From assembly GCA_044229975.1 (NCBI GenBank), contig JBGARZ010000016.1, positions 32,001-96,000 of the forward strand: a stretch of 64,000 nt of DNA, in the 5' to 3' direction. Positions 28,564 to 37,572 of this stretch are shown here, in pieces; the stretch's first letter is position 1, and each line of letters begins with the position of its first letter. The position numbers and the translations under genes were made by a program. A model generated the notes under the pieces. The model saw nothing but the letters and a program-made list of their open reading frames with translations. It did no database searches and was not told the DNA's origin. This stretch comes from Polyangiales bacterium. GTDB taxonomy: Bacteria > Myxococcota_A > Polyangia > Polyangiales > Ga0077539.

Positions 28564-30036
28564 ATGCGACTCGGCTTCGACAACACCTATGCCCGACTGC
28601 CCGCCCGCTTCTCCGCGCGGGTGCTCCCGACGAAGGTTCCTGCGCCTCGCGTGGTGAGGGTCAACCGCGGGCTCGCCGAGCTCCTCGGCCTCGACCCCGA
28701 CGCGCTCGCGTCGCCCGAAGGCGCGCAGATGCTCGCGGGCAACACCGTGCCCGAAGACGCCGACGCCATCGCGCTCGCCTACGCGGGTCACCAGTTCGGG
28801 GGCTTCTCTCCGCAGCTCGGTGATGGTCGCGCCATCCTGCTCGGCGAGATCGTCGGACGCGACGGGCGACGCCGCGACGTGCAGCTCAAGGGCGCGGGGC
28901 GCACGCCCTTCTCGCGCGGCGGCGACGGTCGCGCGGCGCTGGGGCCCGTGCTGCGCGAGTACGTGGTGAGCGAGGCGATGGCGGCGCTCGGCGTGCCGAC
29001 CACGCGCGCCCTCGCGGCGGTGACGACGGGCGCGGTCGTGGCTCGCGACGAGATGCTCCCGGGCGCGGTGCTGACCCGCGTGGCGGCGAGTCACATTCGC
29101 GTGGGGACGTTTGAGTTCTTCTCCGCGCGCGACGACCGCGATGCGCTCGTCACGCTCGCGAGCTACGCCCTCAAGCGCCACTACCCCGACGCCGTCGGGA
29201 GCGACAACGACGCCTCGGCGCTCATCGCGCGTGTGGTCGCAGCGCAGGCCGAGCTCATCGCCCGCTGGCTCGGCGTGGGCTTCGTGCACGGCGTGATGAA
29301 CACCGACAACACCTCCGTCTCCGGCGAGACCATCGACTACGGTCCCTGCGCCTTCCTCGACGAGTACGACCCGAAGAAGAAGTTCAGCTCCATCGATCGC
29401 GGCGGTCGCTACGCCTTCGCCAACCAGCCCCCCATCGCGCAATGGAACCTCGCGCGCCTCGCCGAGTCCCTCCTTCCGCTGCTGGCCGATGACGAGGAGC
29501 GCGCCGTCACCCTCGCGACCGAGCGCCTCGACCGCTTCCCCGAGCTCTTCAGCGCCGCGTACGGCCGCGTGATGCGCGCCAAGCTCGGTCTCACCCGCGA
29601 CGAGCCCGGTGACCTCAAGCTCGTCGCCGACCTCCAGGGGCGCATGGCCGCCAACGCCGTCGACTACACGGTGTTCTTTCGCGCGCTGTGTGACGCGGCG
29701 GCGACCGAAGACGCTGATGCCAGGGTGGCCGCGCTCTTCACCGAGCCCGGCGCCTTCCACGAATGGGCCGTCGCGTGGCGTCACCGTCTGTCGGCCGAGG
29801 ACGTTGCTCCCGCCGAGCGAGCGGAGGCGATGCGGCGGTCCAACCCGGCGCTCATTCCGCGCAACCATCGGGTCGAAGAGGCCATCGAGGCCGCCATCCG
29901 CCGCGACGACTTCGGGCCCTTCGAGACGCTGGTGCGCGCGGTGGAGCGGCCCTTCGACGACGTGCCGGAGTTCGATCACCTGCGCGAGCCCCCGACGCCC
30001 GACGAGCGCGTCACCGCGACCTTCTGCGGGACGTAG
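28564..30036 (+). CDS. selO: Protein adenylyltransferase SelO (YdiU)
   Basis: YAGHQFG, LGDGRA, QLKGAGRTPFSR, HGVMNTDN, IDYGP, IPRNH, C-terminal TFCGT. Confidence 0.95.
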   Translation: MRLGFDNTYARLPARFSARVLPTKVPAPRVVRVNRGLAELLGLDPDALASPEGAQMLAGNTVPEDADAIALAYAGHQFGGFSPQLGDGRAILLGEIVGRDGRRRDVQLKGAGRTPFSRGGDGRAALGPVLREYVVSEAMAALGVPTTRALAAVTTGAVVARDEMLPGAVLTRVAASHIRVGTFEFFSARDDRDALVTLASYALKRHYPDAVGSDNDASALIARVVAAQAELIARWLGVGFVHGVMNTDNTSVSGETIDYGPCAFLDEYDPKKKFSSIDRGGRYAFANQPPIAQWNLARLAESLLPLLADDEERAVTLATERLDRFPELFSAAYGRVMRAKLGLTRDEPGDLKLVADLQGRMAANAVDYTVFFRALCDAAATEDADARVAALFTEPGAFHEWAVAWRHRLSAEDVAPAERAEAMRRSNPALIPRNHRVEEAIEAAIRRDDFGPFETLVRAVERPFDDVPEFDHLREPPTPDERVTATFCGT

Positions 30037-30123
30037 GTCGGCGCGAGAGCTTCACGACGACTCCACCGATCGCTGACGCAACTGTCGCGAGGTCGTGACG
30101 GACGCCACCTACAAACGACGGCG

Positions 30124-30822
<699 letters not shown>

Positions 30823-30831
30823 GGCCGGGTC

Positions 30832-30865
30832 GTGTCCCAAGTTGAAGCCAGGTGTCCCAAGTTGA
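30832..30865. repeat. 14-bp direct repeat, 20-bp period
   Basis: GTGTCCCAAGTTGA at 30832-30845 and 30852-30865. Confidence 0.8.
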
Positions 30866-30872
30866 GAACCCG

Positions 30873-31117
30873 CGTCGCTCACGCCGGAGTTCACCGTGCC
30901 GTCCTCGCGCTCACCGCGTCCGGTTCACTCCACGGCTATTTCACGCGGATCGCCCCGCTTGAAGCGGGGCTCCGTGAATCCGATCGGGGGCCACCAATCA
31001 TCGCATGACGAGCCACTGAGCCCCGCTTCAAGCGGGGCGATCCGCGTGAAATAGCCGTGGAGTGAACCGGACGCGGTGAGCGCGAGGACGGCACGGTGAA
31101 CTCCGGCGTGCGCGACG
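30873..31117. mobile_element. Long inverted repeat (MITE/REPIN-like non-autonomous element)
   Basis: Perfect 93-bp arms at 30880-30972 and 31018-31110 (100 bp with one mismatch) and a 45-nt spacer. Each arm ends in the palindrome GCCCCGCTT-G/C-AAGCGGGGC. Confidence 0.7.
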
Positions 31118-31225
31118 GCAAGGTGCTCGGCCGCATGAGCCGCTACCACAGCCGCTCGTACTGGCTCGACGTGGTGCGCGAACATCTGCCGTCAGCGCCG
31201 GTGACCTGAAGGTACGATCCGCGCC

Positions 31226-33241
31226 ATGGCCTCGCGTCCCAGCGCCCTCCCGATGCTCGCGCTGCTCCTCGTCGCCTCCTGCGACGACGGGACGCGACGC
31301 ACCGAGGACGGCGGCCGCGTCGACGTCCAAACGCCACCGCCACCCGACCCCCGCCTCTGGATCGACTGCCGCCCCGGTCAGCAGCGCTGCTACCAGAACA
31401 TCCATCAGCGCTGCCTCGCCGCGGGAGAGTTCACGCAGGTCGAAGAAGACGCCTGCGCGCCGCGCGGCCTCGTCTGCGCCGACCCACTCTGGTGCGTCGC
31501 CTGCCAACCCGGCTCGCTGCGCTGCACCGACAACTCGCTCAGCGTCGAGCGCTGCCGCGCCGACGGCTCGGGCTACGACCCCGAGCGCGACTGCGACCGG
31601 ACGCGCGGTGAGGCGTGCCGCGCCGGGCGCTGCGTGCACCTCTGCACCGACGACTCGGTGGTGAACACCAACGTCGGCTGCGAGTACTACGGCGTCGACC
31701 TCGACAACATCGTCGAGACGGCCGGCCGCTCGGCCGCCTCGCAGCAGTACGCCATCGTGGTGTCCAACCCCGACCCGGCGCTCACCGTGCGGGTCGAGGT
31801 GTCGCGCAACAACGCCGCGCCGGGCGCTCCCCCGTCGCTGGAAGTGCTGGAGACGCGGGTCATCCCGCCGCGCGACCTGGAGGTGTTCGAGCTGCCCGCG
31901 CGCGAGGTCGACTGCTCCACCGTCGCGGGCCTCAACGACGGAACCGGCACCTGCCTCTCCTCGCGCGCCTACCGCGTGAGCACCGACTTCCCCGTGGTGG
32001 CCTACCAGTTCAACCCGCTGTCCAACGTCGGGGTGTTCTCCAACGACGCGTCGCTGCTCGTGCCCACCAACTCGCTGCGCGGCAGCTATCGCTTCCTCGG
32101 ATACCCGCAGCAGTACGCGCGCACCACCGACCCGGTGACCAACGGCGGTGAGTCGTATCGGGCGTTCATGACCGTCGTCGGGACGCGCGCCGACACCCGC
32201 GTGCGCGTGACGCCGACGGCCGACATCGTCGCGGGCGGCCCCTTCCGCGAGCGCCACCCCGCGGGGACGCCCTTCGAGGTGATCCTCCACCCCTTCGACG
32301 TGCTCAACCTGGAGACCGACGCCTTCCTCGCCGACTTCACCGGCAGCGTCATCAGCGCCGACGGCCCCGTCGCCGTCTTCTCCGGAACCGAGTGCAGCAA
32401 CGTCCCCTTCTGGAGCGACCTCGCCGACCGTCAGGCCGCCTGCGACCACCTGGAGACGCAGCTCTTCCCCATCGAGACCGTGGGCCAGGGGTACGTCGCC
32501 TCGCGCACGCCATCGCGCAGCCGCGCCGTCACCCGCGCAGGCGTGACGGTGACCGAGAGCAACGAGCCCGAGTGGTTTCGCGTGCTCAACGTCTCCTCAC
32601 GCATCGTGCATGTCACCACCACGTTGCCCGAAGACCTCGGCGACCCCGGCGGCCCCACCGTCACCTTCGATCTCGACGAGGGCGCCCACCGCGACATCCG
32701 CGCGCTCGCCGACTTCCAGCTCCGCGGCGATGCGCCCATCGCGGTCGCGCAGCTCCAGGGGTCGCAGTCCAACACGGGCGTTCCCTTCCCCCTGCCGGGC
32801 GGCGACCCGTCGTTGTTGATCGTTCCGCCCGTCGAGCAGTGGCGCGCCGACTACGTCTTCCTCACACCCGATCGGTACAGCTTCGACTTCGTTCAGGTCG
32901 TCGCGCGCCCCGACCTGCGCGTGACCCTCGACGGCGTCGACGTGGCCGACCTCACCGACTGTGCCCGCAGCCGCTCGGATGGCTGCATCGAGACCCCGAT
33001 GCACGCGTGCGCAACACCCCGCTACGTCACATGGCGCTGCCAGCTCTCGTTTCCCCGCATCGACGACAGCGTGTCACCGCCGCGCGTGACCCCCGGTCGC
33101 CAGAACGACGGCGTCCACGTCGTCCACTCCGAGGCCCCTGAAGGAACACCCCCCGAAGGCGTCATGGTCCTCGTCTCCGGCTTCGACGAGCGCGTCTCCT
33201 ACGCGTACACGGGCGGCACCAACCTCGTCCCCGTTCGCTGA
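31226..33241 (+). CDS. IgGFc-binding protein N-terminal-domain lipoprotein
   Basis: Lipobox VASC, Cys-rich N-terminus, NVGCEYYGVDLDN, PVVAYQFNPL, FSNDASLLVP, CDHLETQLFP, GDPSLLIVPPVEQWR, VSYAYTGG. Confidence 0.85.
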   Translation: MASRPSALPMLALLLVASCDDGTRRTEDGGRVDVQTPPPPDPRLWIDCRPGQQRCYQNIHQRCLAAGEFTQVEEDACAPRGLVCADPLWCVACQPGSLRCTDNSLSVERCRADGSGYDPERDCDRTRGEACRAGRCVHLCTDDSVVNTNVGCEYYGVDLDNIVETAGRSAASQQYAIVVSNPDPALTVRVEVSRNNAAPGAPPSLEVLETRVIPPRDLEVFELPAREVDCSTVAGLNDGTGTCLSSRAYRVSTDFPVVAYQFNPLSNVGVFSNDASLLVPTNSLRGSYRFLGYPQQYARTTDPVTNGGESYRAFMTVVGTRADTRVRVTPTADIVAGGPFRERHPAGTPFEVILHPFDVLNLETDAFLADFTGSVISADGPVAVFSGTECSNVPFWSDLADRQAACDHLETQLFPIETVGQGYVASRTPSRSRAVTRAGVTVTESNEPEWFRVLNVSSRIVHVTTTLPEDLGDPGGPTVTFDLDEGAHRDIRALADFQLRGDAPIAVAQLQGSQSNTGVPFPLPGGDPSLLIVPPVEQWRADYVFLTPDRYSFDFVQVVARPDLRVTLDGVDVADLTDCARSRSDGCIETPMHACATPRYVTWRCQLSFPRIDDSVSPPRVTPGRQNDGVHVVHSEAPEGTPPEGVMVLVSGFDERVSYAYTGGTNLVPVR

Positions 33242-33274
33242 CCCGCCGCCCCGACCGTAGGGCCCCCGGAGCCC

Positions 33275-35731
33275 TCAAGCGCCGGGGTCATCTCCTCGCA
33301 GCGCGGCGTCGGCCTCGGCGATGGACAGCACCTCCAGCCGATGCGTCCAGTGCGCCCGATCGATCTGCGCGAGGTGCGTCGCCGCCTCCGAGGCGAGGGA
33401 CGCCCGTCGCTCCGGCCGCGCCAGCGCCAGCAGCGCGAGCGACTGCACCACGACCCGCGGCAGCGGCAGCGACCGCGACCGCGCGACGAGCTGCTCCCCC
33501 TCGGACTCGTTGAAGCCCTCGCCACAGAGCATCGCCAGCGGCTGCGCGAGCTGCGCGCCCGGTGTCCACCCCGTCGACGACCATGCCCGGTACGCCCGCA
33601 CGCTCAACGCCCGCGCCAGCGCCCGGTCGCCGGCGCGCCACGCCACCGCCCCCTCGGTCAGGCACAGCAGCGCCTCCACGTCGCGCAGCCCGAGGTCGGT
33701 CACCGCGTCGACGAGGGCGCCGTCCGTCGTCGTCGCGCGGCCCGTGCGGTACGCCACCGACCGCAGGATCCACTCTGCCCGCGCCTCGTAGTATGGGTGC
33801 CGGCACCGCGCCGCCGTCTCCCGCGCCGCCTCGGCCAGCGCGCGCGCGTCGTCAAGGCGGAAGCACTCCATCGCCGCCGACGCCGCGTTGACCCGCGCGT
33901 CGAGCCGCGCCGTCGCCCACGGCTCCCACGCCGCCGCCTCGACCAGCAGCGCGGCCGCCTCCTCGAAGCGTCCCTGGCGGTAGCGCAGCCGACCGAGCGC
34001 GTTGGCTCGCAGCCCCGGGTCGCGCGCGTGCCCGGCCACCTCGTCGACCACGCGTTGCTCGCGCGAGAGCTCGGTGCGCCGCGCCGCCATCACCCGAACC
34101 ATCAGCCGCCGCCGCTCCAGCGCCGGGTCGTCGAAGGGGGCGACGGACTCGACGGTCGACAGCGCCCGGTCGCCCGCCTGGCCCAGCAGCAGCGCCGCGC
34201 GGAGCATCCCATCCAGCGCCGCCGTGCGCGCCGACGGCTCCCTCACCCGCAACAGCTCGTACACGGTGCGGTCGAGGGCGCGGGTGGTCCCGTCGGCGAG
34301 GCTCACCTCGACTCCGGCCGAGAGCACCGCGGTCTCCAACGCGCTGCCCTCCTCGCGGGCGTCTTCGGTGAGCTGTCGCACCGCCACCACGCAGGCGTCG
34401 ACCACCGCCGCCGCGCGCCCGAGGGACCCAGCCCTGCCGTGCCTCAGCGCGAGCGCGACGCCCTCCGCGGCGATGGCGCGCGCCGCCCGCATTCGCTCGT
34501 CGAACGCGCCGTGGGGCGGGGGCAGGTCGAGCAGGGCGTGCAGCCGCGCGTCGTCGTCTTCCTCGGGGTCGGGGTGGTCGCCGCTGCGGAGGGGGCGGCT
34601 CGCGCCGAAGCCCGCGGCGAGCTGGTCGAGGGCCTCGCGATCGACCACGTAGCGGTCGCCGTCGCGGCGCGCGAGGCCAGCCCGCTCCCACGCGCGCAGC
34701 TCGTCGATGACGCGGTCGCGGCGGCCGCCGGTGCGGGCGTGGAGGGCGCGGGCGGCGTCCGAGGGGAGGTGCGAGAGCCGCTCGGTGCCTGCGAAGAGCG
34801 AACGCAGCGCGTCGGCGTCGAGGTTCTCGTCGGCGGGGGCCGGGGGCACCGACGGCGTGGGGGCGGCGGCCTCGCCGCGCAGGCGCGCGATGACCTCTGC
34901 GGCCGAGGAGGGGCGGTCTTCGGGGAGGAGCGAGAGCATGGCGTCGACCACGTCTGCGACGCCCTCGGGCACCCTCGGCGCGCGCTCGCGCAGGGGCGTC
35001 GCCCGGAGGTTGACCTTCGCCCACAGCATCGAGGAGAGGGCGCTCGAGCGGGGGAGGGGCGTGTCGCCGGAGAGGGAGAGGTAGAGCATCACGCCGAGGG
35101 CGTAGAGGTCGGTGCGGGGCGTGATGACGTCGCCGCTGATCTGCTCGGGCGCGAGGTACAGCGGCGTACCGAGGATCTCCCCCGAGCCCGTCAGGTGGGC
35201 GCCGAGGGGCTCCCAGCTCGTGCCGAAGTCCAGGAGGGTGGGCCGGCCGTCGTCGCTCACCAGCACGTTGCCGGGCTTGAGGTCACGGTGGATGACCCCC
35301 GCGGCGTGGACGCGCGCCAGGGTCTCCAGCAGCGCCAGGGTGGTGGTGCACAGATCGTCCCATGCGAGGGGCTGCGGGCGGCCGGGGAAGGCCCTCCCGT
35401 CGAGGCGCTCCATCACCAGAAACACGTCGCCCTCGTCGACGCCCTCGTCGAGCAGCGCGACCACGCCGGGCACCCGCAGGCGCCGGAGCGTGGCGATCTC
35501 CCGCCGCACGCGCGCGGGCACGCTCCCGGTGAGCGAATGCAGGATCTTCACGGCCACCCGCTCGCCCGTGAGCTCGTCGCGGGCCTCCCACACCTCCGCC
35601 TGGCCGCCTTCGCCGAGCACGCGCTCCAGCACGTAGCGCCCCGCGACGACGCGCGAGGCGTAGGCCCCGCGACGGTTGTCGCGGCGGGCGGCGTCAGCGG
35701 TCGGGGTCGTCCGAGGGAGATCGTCGCGCAC
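33275..35731 (-). CDS. Hanks-type Ser/Thr kinase with helical/TPR-like C-terminus
   Basis: LGEGGQAEV, VAVK, HRDLKPGN, DFG, GTPLYLAPEQ, DLYALG; TPR-like ANALGRLRYRQGRFEEAA. Confidence 0.9.
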   Translation of the reverse strand: MRDDLPRTTPTADAARRDNRRGAYASRVVAGRYVLERVLGEGGQAEVWEARDELTGERVAVKILHSLTGSVPARVRREIATLRRLRVPGVVALLDEGVDEGDVFLVMERLDGRAFPGRPQPLAWDDLCTTTLALLETLARVHAAGVIHRDLKPGNVLVSDDGRPTLLDFGTSWEPLGAHLTGSGEILGTPLYLAPEQISGDVITPRTDLYALGVMLYLSLSGDTPLPRSSALSSMLWAKVNLRATPLRERAPRVPEGVADVVDAMLSLLPEDRPSSAAEVIARLRGEAAAPTPSVPPAPADENLDADALRSLFAGTERLSHLPSDAARALHARTGGRRDRVIDELRAWERAGLARRDGDRYVVDREALDQLAAGFGASRPLRSGDHPDPEEDDDARLHALLDLPPPHGAFDERMRAARAIAAEGVALALRHGRAGSLGRAAAVVDACVVAVRQLTEDAREEGSALETAVLSAGVEVSLADGTTRALDRTVYELLRVREPSARTAALDGMLRAALLLGQAGDRALSTVESVAPFDDPALERRRLMVRVMAARRTELSREQRVVDEVAGHARDPGLRANALGRLRYRQGRFEEAAALLVEAAAWEPWATARLDARVNAASAAMECFRLDDARALAEAARETAARCRHPYYEARAEWILRSVAYRTGRATTTDGALVDAVTDLGLRDVEALLCLTEGAVAWRAGDRALARALSVRAYRAWSSTGWTPGAQLAQPLAMLCGEGFNESEGEQLVARSRSLPLPRVVVQSLALLALARPERRASLASEAATHLAQIDRAHWTHRLEVLSIAEADAALRGDDPGA

Positions 35732-35856
35732 GTCGAAGGGGCCTCCGCGGGCCCGTGAGGCTAACGGACACGGGGCCGCGGCGTCGAGGCGATGGATGCC
35801 CCGCGAACGCTTCGCGGTTGCGACGCGAACGTTGCTATCGTCCCGCCGCGACGGTC

Positions 35857-36990
35857 ATGCGTAGCCCACTCGATTCACTGGTCTCCGAAGGCATCCTCGA
35901 CGACGTGCTCGGCCGGCTGAAGAGCGGCAAGGAGGCCGACGTGTTTCGCGTCGTGTACCGCGGCGAGGTCGTGGTCGCGAAGGTCTACAAAGACCGCGAG
36001 CAGCGGAGCTTCCACAACAACTCCGACTACAAGGAAGGCCGCGCCGTCCGCAACAGCCGCACGCAGCGCGCGATGGACAAGGGCAGCCGCTTCGGCCGCG
36101 GGGAGGAAGAGGACGAGTGGAAGGCGTCCGAGGCGCGCTGCCTGCACAAGCTGCACGCGGCGGGGGTGAGGGTTCCGACGCCGGTGATGTTCTACGAGGG
36201 GGTGCTGTTGATGGAGCTGGTGACGGACGTGGACGGCCACGCGGCGCCGCGGCTCATCGACTCGCACTTCGAGCCCGTGGAGGCGGCCGGGCTCTACCGC
36301 GACCTGCGCGGGCAGGTGGTGAAGATGCTCTGCTGCGACCTCATCCACGGCGACCTGTCGCCGTACAACGTGCTGCTGGGCGGGGCGGGGCCGACCATCA
36401 TTGACTTCCCGCAGACCGTGTCGGCCGCGCACAACTCGCGGTCGGAGACCTTCTTCCGACGCGACCTCGAAGGGCTGCAACAGTTCTTCGCGCGGGTCGA
36501 CCGCGGGCTGTCGGCGTGTGAGAGCGACGCGAGGGAGATCTGGCGCGCGTACACCCGGCGGGAGCTGTCGCCGGATTTCGTTCCGGCGCCGGTGGCGAGG
36601 GAGCATCGGCCCTACCAGAACCAGTACGCGCCGCGCGGTCAGCAGGGCCCGCGGCCGGGCGGCTTCCACGGACCCCGGACGGACTACGCCGACGGCCGGG
36701 GAGGGGGCGCACCGCAGGGCGGTGGCGGCGGGCGACCGGGTGGTGGCGGCGGGCGACCGGGTGGCGGACCGCCGCAGGGGGGCGGCGGGCGACCGGGTGG
36801 TGGGCCTCCGCAGGGGCGACAGGGTCCACCGCGACCACAGGGGCCCGTGGTGACGTACGTGAAGCGCACGGGCGCACGCGAGCCGGGGCCGTCGGCCGAG
36901 CGCGCGACGACCGCACCGGCGCCACCTCCGGCGCGCGAGACGCTGCCCGACGGCAATCCCCACCGGAAGCGTCGACGCAACCGGGGGTGA
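35857..36990 (+). CDS. RIO1-family atypical kinase with Gly/Arg/Pro-rich tail
   Basis: LKSGKEADV, AKVYK, LLMELV, IHGDLSPYNVL, IIDFPQ. Confidence 0.92.
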   Translation: MRSPLDSLVSEGILDDVLGRLKSGKEADVFRVVYRGEVVVAKVYKDREQRSFHNNSDYKEGRAVRNSRTQRAMDKGSRFGRGEEEDEWKASEARCLHKLHAAGVRVPTPVMFYEGVLLMELVTDVDGHAAPRLIDSHFEPVEAAGLYRDLRGQVVKMLCCDLIHGDLSPYNVLLGGAGPTIIDFPQTVSAAHNSRSETFFRRDLEGLQQFFARVDRGLSACESDAREIWRAYTRRELSPDFVPAPVAREHRPYQNQYAPRGQQGPRPGGFHGPRTDYADGRGGGAPQGGGGGRPGGGGGRPGGGPPQGGGGRPGGGPPQGRQGPPRPQGPVVTYVKRTGAREPGPSAERATTAPAPPPARETLPDGNPHRKRRRNRG

Positions 36991-37005
36991 CGCGGGTGGG
37001 GCAGC

Positions 37006-37029
37006 GGGCCCACGCCGCGGCGTGGGCCC
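37006..37029. terminator. Perfect 24-bp palindrome after the RIO kinase
   Basis: GGGCCCACGCCGCGGCGTGGGCCC between convergent genes; no U-tract. Confidence 0.45.
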
Positions 37030-37075
37030 CGGGGCAACTCGCGTTCAATCCATGAGCCCAACGGTCTGCACCCGC

Positions 37076-37185
37076 TGCCTCAGCAGGTCCGCCCCGTTGA
37101 CCCAGCGGGTCCGACCCGCTGACCCAGCGGGTCCGACCCGCTGACCCAGCGGGTCCAACGCGCTGACCAAGCAGGCCCGCCCGCT
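37076..37185. repeat. 22-bp tandem repeat (about 5 copies)
   Basis: Unit TGACCCAGCGGGTCCGACCCGC, exact at 37098 and 37120, degenerate at 37076, 37142 and 37164. Confidence 0.85.
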
Positions 37186-37206
37186 ACCCTCGCGGGAGCC
37201 TCCCGC

Positions 37207-37572
37207 CTACCCGACGAGCGTCTCCCACGACTCCGGCCGGAAGCCCACGCGAACGGCGTCGCCCCACACCAGCACCGGGCGCTTCACCAGCTTGCCGTCG
37301 GCCGCGAGCATGCCCAGCAGCTCGCCGTCCGTCGCGGCGTCGATGCGCGCCTTGCCCAGCGCGCGGTAGCTCTGGCCGCTGGTGTTGAGCCACTTCCGTA
37401 GCGGGGTCGCGCTCGCAGCGACCCAGCGCGTGAGCTCGTCGACGCTCGGGGGCTGCTCGACGATGGGGCGCACGTCGTAGGCGACGCTGCGCGCGTCGAG
37501 CCATGCGCGGGCCTTGCGGCAGGTGTCGCAGCCCGCGTAGGCGAGCAGCACCGGGCGGGTGGTCGTTGTCAC
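37207..37572 (-). CDS. ArsC/Spx/MgsR-family protein
   Basis: YAGCDTCRKARAWL, NTSGQSYR, LVKRPVL, VGF. Confidence 0.9.
   Translation of the reverse strand: MTTTTRPVLLAYAGCDTCRKARAWLDARSVAYDVRPIVEQPPSVDELTRWVAASATPLRKWLNTSGQSYRALGKARIDAATDGELLGMLAADGKLVKRPVLVWGDAVRVGFRPESWETLVG

Noticed and set aside
30020..30060. Selenocysteine read-through in SelO
   Set aside because: The gene ends TFCGT followed by TAG; there is no in-frame TGA.
37076..37185. Possible CRISPR array
   Set aside because: Units are directly adjacent with no unique spacers, and no cas genes are present.
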